A stretch of 64,000 nt of DNA from Oopsacas minuta (Eukaryota; Animalia; Porifera): positions 460,743 to 524,742 of the forward strand of contig JAKMXF010000166.1 in NCBI GenBank assembly GCA_024704765.1, given 5' to 3'. Both the position numbers and the translations under genes were made by a program. Of the stretch, positions 12,915-25,659 are shown one piece after another. Every line of letters starts with the position of its first letter. Position 1 is the first letter of the stretch. Below the pieces are notes generated by a model. That model was given only the letters and a program-made list of their open reading frames with translations, did not search any database and was not told the DNA's origin.

Positions 12915-14578
12915 GGGGTTTCCTCACTTGAGCGAAACCATATCACAATGTGTAAAGTTCTCAAAATGAGACTCGAATAAAAGGGGGGTTTTTGGTGTTA
13001 AAATAATACACATTTTGGTATCATAGATCAATTTCGTATAAATGGGAACCTTTTCCATGTCAAAGAAAATTATTTCATCAAATGGCATCTCTGAACGAAA
13101 CAACAAAAAGTGTCCTGCGTTAAGTTTTGAAGGTTATTCTTATAGATTTGACAAATTTGTGTCGGCCAATACTGAGAAACGATGGCGTTGTCGCACTCGA
13201 GATTGTAATGGCTGCATGTATAGTATAAATGATCCGGAGAACAGTGATATTCAAATTAGAACTCCTCACCGTGAACATTGTATCCCAGATTCAGATGCTA
13301 GGGCCATTGAATTAGTAGTTTCTGACCTGAAAATGAAGGCAAGGACTCAACTAACTCCTATACCAATGTTATATGGTGATGCTGCAGCTACGCTCTCTGT
13401 TAATCCTTCTATTGCTTCAAGATTTCCTCTTTTCGGTCAATCGATTCTTCTTTGTATCGAGAGAGATTAAGCAATCTCCCTATACTTCCAACTTCAAGGG
13501 AGACATTGAATTTACCGATTAACCTTCAGCAAACAATTGCTGGTGTTAACTTTCTACTCTACTCTTCAGCAGGTAATGCAATCCTTATATTTAGTACAGA
13601 AGCTAATATCATAAACCTTTCTACAAAGAAACATTGGTGTGTAGATGTTACCTTTAGAAGCGTACCTCATTTATACCTTCAACTATTCAGCATTCATGTG
13701 TTTGAAGGTGATAAACTAATTCCTCTCATTTATTGCCTACTCCCTGCTAAAACACGTATCATATATTCTGAAGTAATTCGAGCCCTCAAAGTTAAGGCAG
13801 ATGAGCTAACCACGATATTATCACCAGAGCTGGTCACATGTGATTTTGAAAGCGGACTGATAGCCAGCATTAGATTGGAATTTCCTACAGCCTGTATCCG
13901 TGGATGCTATTTCCATTTTTGCCAAGCAGTTTATTGCAAGGTACAAATTTTGGGCCTATCTCAATTTTATACTTCTGAAGAAAATCATAAATTATATATA
14001 CGAAAGCTTCTTTCCTTGGCCTTTATACTCGTTGAACTTATCCCTCAAACATTTCAAAATCTAAAGCACGAATTTCCCTGATGAATTGCAAGCACTTGTA
14101 AACTACTTTCAACAGTACTGGATTGAAACTATGAACTATAAGCTTTGGAATATGTATGGAGTAGAACGAAGAACAAATAATAATCTGGAAGTTTGGCATT
14201 TAAGATTAAATAGAGCGATTGGAAAGGCACACGCAAATATCTATGTATTTGTGTCAAAACTCATTAGAGAACAAGGATGTACAGAGACGCTATTAGCTTA
14301 AATAAATATCGGAAATATAAAAGCTTATTCCAAGAATATAAATACAGGAAAATCAACGAAAATATTAGAAACCTTACTTTATATTTTAACTTGGGACAGA
14401 AGAGTGCTGATGAATATTTAACCGGAATTGCTCATAATATTGCACAACCGACAAATATTTCTCTATGGTTAATACTCTTACATTTCACTTATGTACTTGT
14501 TTTGAATCTTATTAAAATAATTAATTTATTAAACCGTCAATAATTGGCTTAGTGGATTTCGCTCAGTGGGGACAAATC
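12915..14578 (+). mobile_element. Mutator-like (MULE) element with FLYWCH + MULE transposase, disrupted
   Basis: 8-bp TSD TAAGGTCC (12907-12914, 14579-14586); imperfect ~26-bp TIRs; FLYWCH-like GYSY..RWRCRTRDC..H; catalytic-region motifs VDVTF, CDFE, GCYFHFCQA, TNNNLE; frameshift at ~13450 and stop at 14079-14081. Confidence 0.85.
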
Positions 14579-16068
14579 TAAGGTCCAAGAGCCAACAATT
14601 GAAAGAAATAACGTTTGGTCTGCAATTGCCCCAGAAAGTTGTTTTTTCTGGTCGAGTAATTATGTGTAGCTCGGGGAATATTTGGGGGGCCCCAGTCACA
14701 TATGCACGACGCTACTGCAGCTGGGGGTCTGTAGGGCTTCCAGTTGTGACGGGGCGTAGCCCTTGGACAATAAGCTATAATAGCTACTAAATTAATTACC
14801 TTTGTAATGCCACGTAGGTTTGAATCTTGAAACAATTTCTCAGTTGAAATAATTAAACAAACAACGTGAAGTAATGGCTGCAGTGCTTTCACGGAGAGAA
14901 AAAAATTTTAAATATAGGCAACCATTTCAATACTGGGCCACTACACCATAGTATCAGGGGTTTGTCTAGGTGCTTGGCTAGCACCTAAAATTGCCAGTTC
15001 AGTAACCATATAGAACAAAAATGCCGGCCATGAGACTCAAATTAGTCAGGATCAATATGTCACCGTCCAAAAAAGTGCCGGTTCAGAAATTTATGTATAA
15101 ACCCCTGCACAGTAATAATCGTCTTGTATATCAATATGGGTTATCTGTCGTATTGGCAGTGCAATCAAATGGACCAAATAACCCGATTTCTACTGTAATC
15201 AAATATCATTGAAAATCAGTTGTTGAAAGAAGTGGCTTCACAATGGAATCAAATTTCTCGCAATCAGGGATATTTACATTTCAAAGTACAAATGAAAAAT
15301 GGGACTTGTCAGGAGATCAGCCAGCCCACCCTACATAAATTCTACTGTATATGAAAGTATATAGTAGTATAATGACTGCTAGATGAGGTGAGGGGCCACA
15401 TAACAAATTGTTAATGGATATAGGATAAAGAATGAATTCTCTTTTATCTTAGTACGGTGTCGGAAAGACACCAAGGCATAGAGCCAACTTACCTGTAAAT
15501 ATATTTATGAAGATTGTTAACAAAGTTTTAGTAAAGCAAATAGAAATCACACTACTCGTTACTTATATCTGATTGAGAACACAATATTATGGTTCTATTA
15601 GAAATAGAAATGTGAATAAATTAAGCCAAATATAATAGGGCAAACACTTCAACAAAAGTAGTGTTTTCAACAAAAATTTAGAAAGAACCCAGCCTGAGGC
15701 ATAAAAGTCCCAAGCTATCCTAAAAATGAGTTATGTAGTAGTCAAATATTTGTCACCAACAAACAGTATTGCCATACTTCTTGTGATCTATTTGCTTATC
15801 GCATTTGAAGTTGCATTTTATCCCGTATGTTTTACAATTAGAATAATTGTAGTATTCTAATTTACTATATTTCATAATATCTAAATACAGAATTTATTTG
15901 CAAAAAGCAGGAGTATGAAAAGTTTGGCCTTTGGTGGGAGGTGGGAGGTTGGAGGATGGGGAGAAAAGGGACAAAAGAGCGGGAGGGTTGACAAGACTGT
16001 TATTCTCGAAAGTTATCAATAATGCATTTGATTTCTGGTCTTTGTGTCATTTTCAACATCTTACAATA

Positions 16069-16250
16069 CATACTTGCCAACCATCCAGAGAGTTGACTTA
16101 TGATCCAGGGGAAAATGGCAAAATCCAGGGAAAAATATTGGATATTTCTGGATTATTTCTGGATTTTTTCTCATAAAAGAGGGAAAATTCATATTTTTGC
16201 ATGGAAATTTAAAAATCCAGGGAAATAGTTTCAAAGGGTTGGCAAGTATG
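16069..16250. mobile_element. MITE with 14-bp TIR CATACTTGCCAACC
   Basis: Perfect 14-bp TIRs, internal aaatccaggg(a/g)aa repeats; no clear TSD. Confidence 0.65.
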
Positions 16251-17077
16251 AACTTAACTAGATATAATTCAGGGGTGGGAGGGGTTGTTTCTGCTTATCA
16301 ATAAATAAACAATGAATGCAACAAATTAGAATCCGTAGTTATCTGCCCTGTGCAATGAACATAACGAATTGTTTTCTTACAGATTTAGTGACGAAAAAAG
16401 AGGAATAAAGTTCTTGGCATGTTCCCTACTTATTCCTGCTGAATCCAAATCTAAGAACTTTGTTCTTGATCTCCTTTCCCATTCAATGGTTCAATAGCAG
16501 TCAATTTGTTATAATGGTAACAGCCTATTAGCAACTTTTCATGGACATAAAGTGCAGTTTTGTATGGTAAATAAATCGCATAATAACAAAATTTTTGTAT
16601 TTCATACGCGAATTGTATTTTGCACCGTAATTGTTGCCAAATAGTTTTTATGTAAATTCGGACTAATGTATTACCTCGAATAATAGCCCCTGAGGCTACT
16701 AAAAACTAATTACTGCTTACAGTGGATCGTCATTTGTCATATATTTTGATTTATCTACTATTTGTTAGGACAAATACAAATAATGTAAGCACATTTAGGT
16801 ATGATTATATAGAAATTAACGTATTTACAAAAATCGCAACTTCCCTCTCTCTCTCTCTCTCGGGCTTGAAATTAATAATCGCCCAGGTTATTATTCGAGG
16901 TAATACGGTATTTCCTATCAAATGAGTTTATGTCGGTGTTTGTGAAGCAATCTAACCGAAATCGGGCCAGAAATGAAGGCTGGGTTAGGCTAAGCCTCCC
17001 CAAATTTTATAAATTTGTAATGTATTAGTACCAGTTCGTAATTGATGCAATTTTGATTAGCGGGTAAGTTAGGATAC

Positions 17078-17148
17078 CTATTATTCAATAAGAGATATTC
17101 TATTATTCAATAAGAGATATTCTATTATTCAATAAGAGATATTCTATT
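17078..17148 (+). repeat. Tandem repeat, 22-bp unit x3.2
   Basis: CTATTATTCAATAAGAGATATT three times, identical, ~110 bp upstream of the GST paralog 3 ATG. Confidence 0.92.
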
Positions 17149-17255
17149 TTGCTATAATAGTGGTCGTCATCATCAGTTATAGATTGAAAACTTATAAAGT
17201 TGTATTATACATTGGAGTAGCTTTATCTTAATTAGAAATTGCAAGATCACTCTAA

Positions 17256-17870
17256 ATGGCATCTGCTATAGAAAATGAAAAGATAACTCTCACGTACTTC
17301 CAGGAGATTTCTGCACGTGGACAGTTTGTAACAGCGATACTGGATATCATTGGCAGGAAGTACGAATTGAAATCAATTCCGCATGGAAAGTGGGAAACCG
17401 AGAAACTCAATACTCCTTTCGGTGTATTACCTGTATTAGATGTTGATGGGAAAAAGATTGGAGGTACAGTGACTATAGCTCGTTTTGTTGCCGAGAGATA
17501 CGGTAAAGGTAAACTGGATCAAGAAAGTGATCCATTCATTTCAGCTTACTACGAGGGACAAGCAGACATATCTAATGAGATTTTAGTAAAGCTCTATACA
17601 TATTCGTTTGCGAAAGAAGAAGAAAAAGAGGATAAACGCAAAGCATTCGAATCATATGCAAAGGACAAGCTAAGCTTCCTTGAGAAATCAATCAAGCCTG
17701 GAGGTTCATTTCAAGGGAAAGAAGGAAAGCTCACATGGTCTGAGATAGTGATATCCAGTTTGCTACGAGATATAAGGAGTGTCTATCCAAACCATGAAGA
17801 AGTACTCAAAGAATTTCCAAATTTGAGAGCTATGTGTGAGAATATTTGTAGGCTTCTACCGAAAAAGTAG
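17256..17870 (+). CDS. Glutathione S-transferase, sigma-like (paralog 3, most divergent)
   Basis: ITLTYF..ARGQ, TPFGVLPVLDVDGKKIGGTVTIARF, LTWSE; 204 aa. Confidence 0.87.
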   Translation: MASAIENEKITLTYFQEISARGQFVTAILDIIGRKYELKSIPHGKWETEKLNTPFGVLPVLDVDGKKIGGTVTIARFVAERYGKGKLDQESDPFISAYYEGQADISNEILVKLYTYSFAKEEEKEDKRKAFESYAKDKLSFLEKSIKPGGSFQGKEGKLTWSEIVISSLLRDIRSVYPNHEEVLKEFPNLRAMCENICRLLPKK

Positions 17871-18664
17871 TTACGAATATCGCTATTAGGAGCTAGCGAA
17901 AGTGTGTTACCGAAACTTATGACACTATTCCTCTGTATTTTGTTAGAGATTATAGCATAGTTATGCTTTTCGAATTATAATTAGACTGAACAAATTTCGA
18001 TATCATGTGAATTCAGGTTTAAGCAATACGGGGAAGGAATAGAAAATGTCATACAAACTATAAAATGAAAATACCGCGTATAATATCCCTGTATGAGCTC
18101 TGGCAGGGAAATATGTAGAAATGATTGGTAAGTATGCAATATTTTATACGTATAATACTTTGAATTTGCTACTCCAGGAAATCCATCGACGCAGAAATTA
18201 TGGTAATTAAATGGTCTGGCAACTAGTTATGGTCGACCATAGTTGGTGCGGCCTGTCCATAACGGGTTTGGGTGGCACAAATATGGCCGACATCGATTAT
18301 AAGTAATATTCTTAGCATATTTGATCAAAATCCGATTTAACGATCAGCATATATATAAATCGATTCCAAAGACCAAATGCAACAACCAGGAGGTAGTTAG
18401 ACATTCGGACAACATAGAGTAGGAAGCCTGAAATTAATCCAAGGTAAATTTCATCACTACAGCTCAAATAGTGAACATAACACACAAAACAATGAAATAT
18501 CATTAACTAATTCCAGTGAACTAAGCGCTTCTCATGTTTTGTGTTCCCAAACCAATTATGGCATTACAGGCCCCTCGAACTGATAAGTTACAGCTGACAG
18601 GCAACAATATTATTAATCTGTTCTTATGTATAGTGAATTATCTAATTACTTATCACTACAGATA

Positions 18665-18917
18665 CACTATACCCTCGATTATCCGAACAGCAGGAAGTAT
18701 GTTATAAAATTTTGGAGCTTCTGACTACTCTAGCTCTAGTACTAGTTTTTTGAAAGTTGTCGTGGTATTAGTTCTGAATATGCAGTAAAAACTATTACAA
18801 AATCCGAATTTCATGTATCATCCCGCAGTGAATTTCCTGCATCAAAATACACTATTTCAGTTATCCGAACACCATACCTTAATTCAAAGACGAAAGTGTC
18901 CGAATAATCAGGTGGTG
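18665..18917. mobile_element. Decayed pogo/Tigger-like MITE
   Basis: TA|CACTATACCCTCGATTATCCGAAC ... GTCCGAATAATCAGGTGGTG|TA. Confidence 0.45.
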
Positions 18918-19070
18918 TAGATATAGAAACTAACGCAACGGTTCTGTATCTTTATTTAATGGCCCTATCTCAAATATTTTCTGCATTTAACATTCTCTGA
19001 GGGTGGTTAATTAATTATCTCCAGCAATATAGCTTGTAACCTTACAAACTATTATCCCCTAGAACTACTA

Positions 19071-22000
19071 ATGAGCAAAGCAATTTTGTCTCTGTCAAGT
19101 GATGAAGATGCAGACATAGTACTAGCAGAAGATAGGAAAGGATTAGCTAACTTATTTGGAAACGAAAAGATGTCTGCCACAGGACAGAAACCTTCCCTAC
19201 ACTATACAGCTCCGAAACAACCTAAACCTGATAAGAACAGATCTGTTTCTAAAGACGCAGCACAGTCTGTGGTTATAGCAGTTCCTATCGTAGCGCAACA
19301 ATACATAGACGGTCAGTACGTGAACAAGGGGAGAGTATCATTGGCTATATTAGGTAACCCAGTAAGTAAGGAGTATACTCTAATCATATACAAGACACAG
19401 ACAGACAGACGGTTGTCTCTGAGAATTGAAGCTACGCTAAACTTCAACGTGAAAGAGAATAACTATGTGAATTTCTATGACGATACGAGGCAGGCATGGG
19501 CAGTGAAGTTCGATTCATCTAAAGATTTGTACGACCTTGCATTTGCTATTGCCCTGGCTAAGGCTAACATGACAGGCTTGAAGACTCTGCTGCTACAGAA
19601 CTTACTGATAGGAGAGGGACAGGCTGTTACTACTGGAGATACGGTAGGGGTTCTATACTCCGGTTGGTTGTTCACTAATGGAACCATAGAGAAGGATAAA
19701 CCTTTTGATTCTAATGTGAGATCTGATAAAATATTCAAAGTCAAGTTAGGAGAGAAAGCAGTTATACAGGGCTGGGATCAAGGAATGGTGGGGATGAAGA
19801 AAGGAGGAAAAAAACTTATTTTGATTCCTTCTAAACTAGCATATGGTGATAAAGGTGTGAAAGGTCGCATTCCTCCTAACGCGAGTCTTGTGTTTGAAGT
19901 GGAGCTTGTCAAAGTTAAGTTTTTAGTTAAAGACGCGGAAAACAGAGATATGCCTATGCTCCCTAGTATGGATGATATGGACTCTAATGTGAATGTACGA
20001 GAGAGGACAGCTTCCTTTGAAGAGCAGACAGATGTGCCCGACAGTTCCAGCAAGGAGGCTATCCTCAAACGTCTGGTCAAGGTAGCACAGCCTGTCCTAA
20101 ATCAGAAATTAACACATGAATCCTACCCATCAGCTGAATCACGTGGTCACCCCTCTGAGGGTTCTGGTAGAAGTACTCCAGTTAGTGTCAGTTCTAATCC
20201 TGGTCAGAATTCCGCACATTACGCCGCTCCTTATGAGCAGCCACAACATTCATCTGAGCAATACTATCCTCATACAAACCCTCACATTCAAAATGCCCCA
20301 TATGCTCACCAGCTACCCTTCCCTCCCTCACAACCTCCTATCTACCCTCCTTCCCAGACCTCCATCTATCCTACCCCTTCTACAGCTCTAGCTCCTCTCT
20401 CATACTCCAATCAGCTGCAATACCCAGGACACCAGTCTCTGCTAGCTGCTCAGGCAGGATTAACAACTGGTGCAACCATTTTACAACCTCAGTCTGTTCA
20501 AAATGCTCCTGTACAGGGAGTAGGAGTAGGAGAGTATAGTCAGCTGATGGCTGATACCAAGGTAGAGCTGGGGAAGATGAGTTTGAGATTAGATGAAATC
20601 GGAAAGAAAGTAGATTCTATTCATGATAACAATGCAAGGTCTCTCGTACCAGTTCAACAAGAGACACAGAGGGGGGGATTATTAGACTCTGGAGTACTCC
20701 TCCACAGTATTAACAAGATAGTGGATGAGAATACTCACTTGAAGCAGGAAGTTGTGGATAGAGACAATCGAATGGAAGGTTTAAATCAGAGAATCAATCA
20801 GCTGTTACAATCTAATCAACGCTATGTAGAACAGAGCCAACAGTTGTTAGAGCAGAGATCTGACTCAATGCACTCTATGGCTTCTAACCAGCAATCAAGA
20901 CTCTCACAGATAGAAGTGGAGAAGAATGAACTTGTAGTTAAGTTTGAGGAAGCAAAGCGAAATTTGGATCAGAAAAACTTAGATTTGACAGAGTATAAAA
21001 GTGAATCTGATGACATAAAGAGAAAGTTTGAGAATGTAATGCAGAAAATGACTCTAGCAAAGGAGAAATTCCGTGAAAAGGAATCTGAGATTGAAGATCT
21101 GAGGACAGATTGTGAACAAGCGAAACGAGAGAGCGATAAGGCGAAATCTTCACACAATAAACTAACGAATGAAATCGATGATTTGACTACTACATTAGAA
21201 GAATTGAGAGATAAACTGAAACACGATAGGACTCTAAAAATAAAGCTAGATTCTAAGGTGACTGGTTATGAAGATGAGATTAATGAATTGAAAGAGGAGA
21301 ATGAACAATTACAGAGAACTGTGGAAGATAGGAAGCGAAAGTTTCAGATGGAGAAACAAAAACTACAGGGTGAGGTTGAGGAGTTGAGGAACACACATGA
21401 AGAAGAAATACAATCAATAAAGATACACCTCAACAGTGCTAGCTCTGGTCCTTCACCAGTAGAGGTAGCTAGGATTGAGAGCAGTTGGAAGAGAAAGCTT
21501 GATCAAGCCGTAGCCGATACAGAAGCCAAAACTCAGGATCAGATTGAAGAACTACAAACTAACGAACACAAATTGAAAGCAAGTATCCAGCGATTGGAAA
21601 AGAAGCTCAACTCAACTCAGAGCTCTGATAACCAACTGAATGAACAGACAGAACAGTTGTTAGATCTAAAAGATCAGTTGAGAGTAGCTCAAGAGAAGTT
21701 TATCCGTGCTCAAGACAGACAGCACGAGTTAAGCGAGGAATTGGATGTTTCTAACGAGAGAGAAGGCCGTATAAACGAGAGACTAAGCCATTCAGAAATG
21801 AATAACAATTCGTTGAGAGGTCAGCTAGAAGATGCCAAACAAATGCTGTCTCAACAAGTAACAGATCAGCCTGAATCAGCTGTGAACAGAAACGAGCTTG
21901 ATGCCAAAATAAAGTTAATAATGAATCAGTTATTTCAAGTTATGAGAATGAAGTTTGATATGTCTGAGTCATATGATGGTACTTTTGTTGTCAATACAAT

Positions 22001-22730
22001 AATGCAGACTATTAAGCAAGAAACAATCCGACAGCTACAACCACCAGAATCTGACACGGAGAGTGAGTTAGAAGCAGATTCTGTTGTTTCTGGAGATCAA
22101 GAGCCGGATATTCATGAAGTACAAGATAGCACTACTATAGTAGAACAACCAGCTGGAGCTGAGGCTAACCACGAGTCTCATATTTCCTCAACAACTTCGG
22201 TTGATAACACAACTTTATATTCTCCACAACAATCTCCAGAACCGAGTCCTACTGAAGAGGTATTGTCTAAACAGTACATTCCTTCCTACGAACCTGAGAT
22301 TGAAACCTCATCTGCTCCTTTACCAGATGCTACTACTCAAGATACAACAGCTATTTATACTAATTCTGTTTCTCCTCCAGAATCTTCCTTAGCTCAAACT
22401 GAAGAACCTCCTGCTATTCATGATCCTCTGATATCCTCACCACCATCCACTAACCCTCTATCTATTAGTCCCCCTCCTGCTACACCGAACTCTCTCAATT
22501 CTAACCCTCTTAGCGTATCAGATCCCCTCACAATATTTCCTAGCAAATCTTCTCAAGAACCAATCTCTAACCCTCTCTTAGGCGGAGACAGTTATTCGGA
22601 AAGTGACTTCTTTACAGCTCCTTCCACCAAGAAGGAAGAGACGGTTAACTCTACTGCTAAACAGAAGACTACTGGTAGTTCTGCTCTATTCAGTGATGAT
22701 GAGGGTGATGAGTTTGATTGGCTCCAATGA
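19071..22730 (+). CDS. FKBP15: FK506-binding protein 15-like
   Basis: N-terminal LANLFG and YTAPKQP, WH1-like region, FKBP domain (VIQGWDQGMVGMKKGGKKLILIPSKLAYG), Pro/Gln-rich linker, long coiled coil, acidic LFSDDEGDEFDWL tail; 1219 aa single ORF. Confidence 0.9.
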   Translation: MSKAILSLSSDEDADIVLAEDRKGLANLFGNEKMSATGQKPSLHYTAPKQPKPDKNRSVSKDAAQSVVIAVPIVAQQYIDGQYVNKGRVSLAILGNPVSKEYTLIIYKTQTDRRLSLRIEATLNFNVKENNYVNFYDDTRQAWAVKFDSSKDLYDLAFAIALAKANMTGLKTLLLQNLLIGEGQAVTTGDTVGVLYSGWLFTNGTIEKDKPFDSNVRSDKIFKVKLGEKAVIQGWDQGMVGMKKGGKKLILIPSKLAYGDKGVKGRIPPNASLVFEVELVKVKFLVKDAENRDMPMLPSMDDMDSNVNVRERTASFEEQTDVPDSSSKEAILKRLVKVAQPVLNQKLTHESYPSAESRGHPSEGSGRSTPVSVSSNPGQNSAHYAAPYEQPQHSSEQYYPHTNPHIQNAPYAHQLPFPPSQPPIYPPSQTSIYPTPSTALAPLSYSNQLQYPGHQSLLAAQAGLTTGATILQPQSVQNAPVQGVGVGEYSQLMADTKVELGKMSLRLDEIGKKVDSIHDNNARSLVPVQQETQRGGLLDSGVLLHSINKIVDENTHLKQEVVDRDNRMEGLNQRINQLLQSNQRYVEQSQQLLEQRSDSMHSMASNQQSRLSQIEVEKNELVVKFEEAKRNLDQKNLDLTEYKSESDDIKRKFENVMQKMTLAKEKFREKESEIEDLRTDCEQAKRESDKAKSSHNKLTNEIDDLTTTLEELRDKLKHDRTLKIKLDSKVTGYEDEINELKEENEQLQRTVEDRKRKFQMEKQKLQGEVEELRNTHEEEIQSIKIHLNSASSGPSPVEVARIESSWKRKLDQAVADTEAKTQDQIEELQTNEHKLKASIQRLEKKLNSTQSSDNQLNEQTEQLLDLKDQLRVAQEKFIRAQDRQHELSEELDVSNEREGRINERLSHSEMNNNSLRGQLEDAKQMLSQQVTDQPESAVNRNELDAKIKLIMNQLFQVMRMKFDMSESYDGTFVVNTIMQTIKQETIRQLQPPESDTESELEADSVVSGDQEPDIHEVQDSTTIVEQPAGAEANHESHISSTTSVDNTTLYSPQQSPEPSPTEEVLSKQYIPSYEPEIETSSAPLPDATTQDTTAIYTNSVSPPESSLAQTEEPPAIHDPLISSPPSTNPLSISPPPATPNSLNSNPLSVSDPLTIFPSKSSQEPISNPLLGGDSYSESDFFTAPSTKKEETVNSTAKQKTTGSSALFSDDEGDEFDWLQ

Positions 22731-23342
22731 TATATATTGATAATTACTATATTAGGATGATAAGTCCTTTCGTTATATTCATTAATCTAATCTTACTTAT
22801 GTTTGTGGTTGTTAAGATATTCCTAATTGCTCTGTTTAGATTTTGTCCCCACTTCATTTTATTATATTTTGATGTAAATATAATTATATGTATGTAAGTT
22901 ACTATTGCTGTATTATCCTTAAAATGGAAATAGTTTCCCAGGATTTTAATATATTTCCCTTTGATCGCGATCTTACTTGAAATCCCTGGGTTGGCTCCAT
23001 ATAGCAACACATACGCCATGACCTTGTGTTATGTCGTTCACGCTCAAATATTTCCATGAAAAATTAATGGAAACCCTCATACCATAATGACAAATAGACA
23101 GTAGTGTGAACTACGTAATACGACACGACTAGAGAGTGTGTAATTTTCGAGAAAATTTTAACTCTTTCAAGGCATATCAGCTGATACACCAAACGGCCTA
23201 GGGAGAACGCTGAATTATATGTTTGTAGTAAGGTTCAATTAAATCAAATGTTAGAATAGGATCGGGATCTTGTAGTAAATCATCGATACGATCCTCGATC
23301 TTCATCAAGAGATCCTAATACCCTAACTAAATTTATTAATGA

Positions 23343-23960
23343 GCCAGAGAAACACTGGCTGCATTAGCTAAGCCCAAACTCTACTACTTCGATGGTCCAG
23401 GCCTTGGTGAGATCGCTAGAGTCTTACTAACTTACAAAGGAATAGAATTTGATGACGTAAGGATAGGAGATAACGATTGGGGAATATTCAAGCCCAAATC
23501 ACCTTTGGGGACAGTCCCCTACTATGAAGAAGGTGATATTCAGATAGGATGCAGCCTGGCTATAGCTCGTTATATAGCAGAGAAGAATGGATTAGGCGGA
23601 AAGAATCAAGAAGAAAATGCTAAGTTAGAATCGTATGCAGATGCAATGGCTTATATAATGCCAGATGTGTATATGATCAAATATGGGCCTGAAGATCAGA
23701 GAGAGGAGCGTAAAGTTAAATTTATCAACACCACACCAGGAAAACTAGCAGCTATAGAATCTCAAATCAAGAGTGATAAGAATTTTCTGACAGAAAATAG
23801 ACTCTCTTGGGCAGATTTCATGGCTAGTGTGGTTGCTTGCCAAATGACAGAAAATGGGTTTGGAGATCTTTTGAAAACAGTTCCCAAATTCATTGCTGTA
23901 GTTGCTAACATTGACGCAATGGATAGCATAAAGGGATGGAGACTGAAAACACATAAATGA
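23343..23960 (+). CDS. Glutathione S-transferase, sigma-like (paralog 4); start codon unresolved
   Basis: Frame open from 23343 (ARETLAALAKPKLYYFDGPGLGEIARVLL...) to TGA 23960; the upstream ATG at 23339 is 1 nt out of frame; the ORF track start (23505) is too late. Confidence 0.8.
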   Translation, partial: ARETLAALAKPKLYYFDGPGLGEIARVLLTYKGIEFDDVRIGDNDWGIFKPKSPLGTVPYYEEGDIQIGCSLAIARYIAEKNGLGGKNQEENAKLESYADAMAYIMPDVYMIKYGPEDQREERKVKFINTTPGKLAAIESQIKSDKNFLTENRLSWADFMASVVACQMTENGFGDLLKTVPKFIAVVANIDAMDSIKGWRLKTHK

Positions 23961-24706
23961 TTCTTCGAGCCAATAAGAATTAGAATTCACTTACTTTATT
24001 ATTTCATTAATTTTGTCCTTTAGCTAGATATACGTACGTATTGTATTATACTTAGTCATCAAATACGTACTGTACAGCTTCCATAAGTTGGGAGCTAGGG
24101 GCGAGTGGACCATCGGGAAGTCGGGCAACTATGGCTATTTTGTGTGGGTACATCCCCACCCTGTAATCCGAGTGCCACCCAGATTAAAGTCTGTGTTCTC
24201 TTGATTCAACCATAATTATTGTAAATTTGTATATCTCTCATCTGTTATTTAGTGAAATCAGATTGTAGGATATAAATACATAATTTGCTATATAATATTT
24301 TCAACTCTTTACCTGCTGTCACAATATTAGTGACTTAAACACACGAATTGACAATCTAGGTATACACAGGAAGGGTATCCCCGAATTTTCACTTGTAATT
24401 GCTTGAGCTTCAGGATATTTGCTTGTACCACCCAGATTGTGCTCCCCTGAATATGAGAGGTAACACTGTCGGTGTATATTACGTATACGAAATAGATTAA
24501 AAAATGTTAGTTTTCATAAGTAAGCTCAACATCCGGTAACTCGAACCCCAGGGGAAAAGTAATATGTTCGAGATAACGGATGGCCTCCATTTAAGGTCAC
24601 GATTACGCCTGGGACACCTTTTCAAGCTGCTTATTCAGGTGTTTATGATCTTTCAAAAATGCATAATAACATTGATTTCAATATTTATATTAAGAAATTA
24701 GTCCTT

Positions 24707-24985
24707 AATCTCTATTATTAAAACTCAATTATTGTGGGGAGGTGTTTGTGTTTGTTTGTTTGTCCACTTTGTATTATAATAATAAGGGAAGATGATATGC
24801 GTATTTAATATAGGGAATACATATCCTTCTGTTGACGATATAGGATTGTAAACAATTACATTAGGGTAATCAAGTATGCTGATTCAGATTTTCACACTTT
24901 CGAAATAATCATATGTAATTTTATTTGTTGTTTTTATGAATATTAAGTAAACAAATAGTTGAAATCTCGAAATATACTTAGAAGC
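24707..24985 (+). repeat. Helitron-like non-autonomous repeat family member (other copies ~27780-28000, 42395-42735, 44281-44570, 46465-46800, 52850-53170)
   Basis: 5' TC(T)ATTATTAAAACTC + (GTTT)n + GTCC, and shared core gattttcacactttcgaa(a/t)taatcatatgtaa.tttat..ttgtttttatgaatat.aagtaaacaa; superfamily assignment is inference. Confidence 0.55.
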
Positions 24986-25659
24986 TTGCTCCCAACAGAC
25001 ATAAAGGAGTAATCAAGTACGCTGATTGTTAAGAATCTGCGGTACATTAATCGGGACTAATATTTATAAAGTCTATGAGTAGTCAAGTAGTACTATCACT
25101 ATGTAGCCATGTGAAATGTGACATAAGTATTTTATCTGCTTTTGTTGTTCTGCCATGAATATACCTGGAGGGCTCTAATTGTTTGCCGGAACAAATATTG
25201 AATTGATTCAAAATAATGGCCTTGACAGGGCTCGTCAGAGAATTTTCTGTTTCTCTTACTATACTTTCCAACACTAAAATAACAAGTACAGTAAGTTAAC
25301 CTAAATTTAGCATCTAGCTTTCTTCCATGAAGTATCCTCTTGATTTGCGAAGTTGTTATTGTTCAAGTTGTCAATAATAAACACTACTGAATCCAGTTGA
25401 TAGCAGTACAACTTTTGATATAGAGTAAGGGCTGCTCATTGTGACCCTAAAGGGACCAATAATATTATCCTTAATATAAATAACATGGCTGTCGGAGAGA
25501 AAATTCTTAAAAAATTGGATATGATCTCATTTATCTGGCCTTTGTAGAGCAATTAGAGCAAAGATTAAGTTATCTCCAAATATGTAAAGGGCAGAGTGTG
25601 TTCACAATCTGTTCATGACATTACTCTTCCTTGATTAATACAATGATATCAATTCTCAA

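Noticed and set aside
17078-17148. CRISPR-like array
   Set aside because: Units are head-to-tail with no spacers, and the context is eukaryotic
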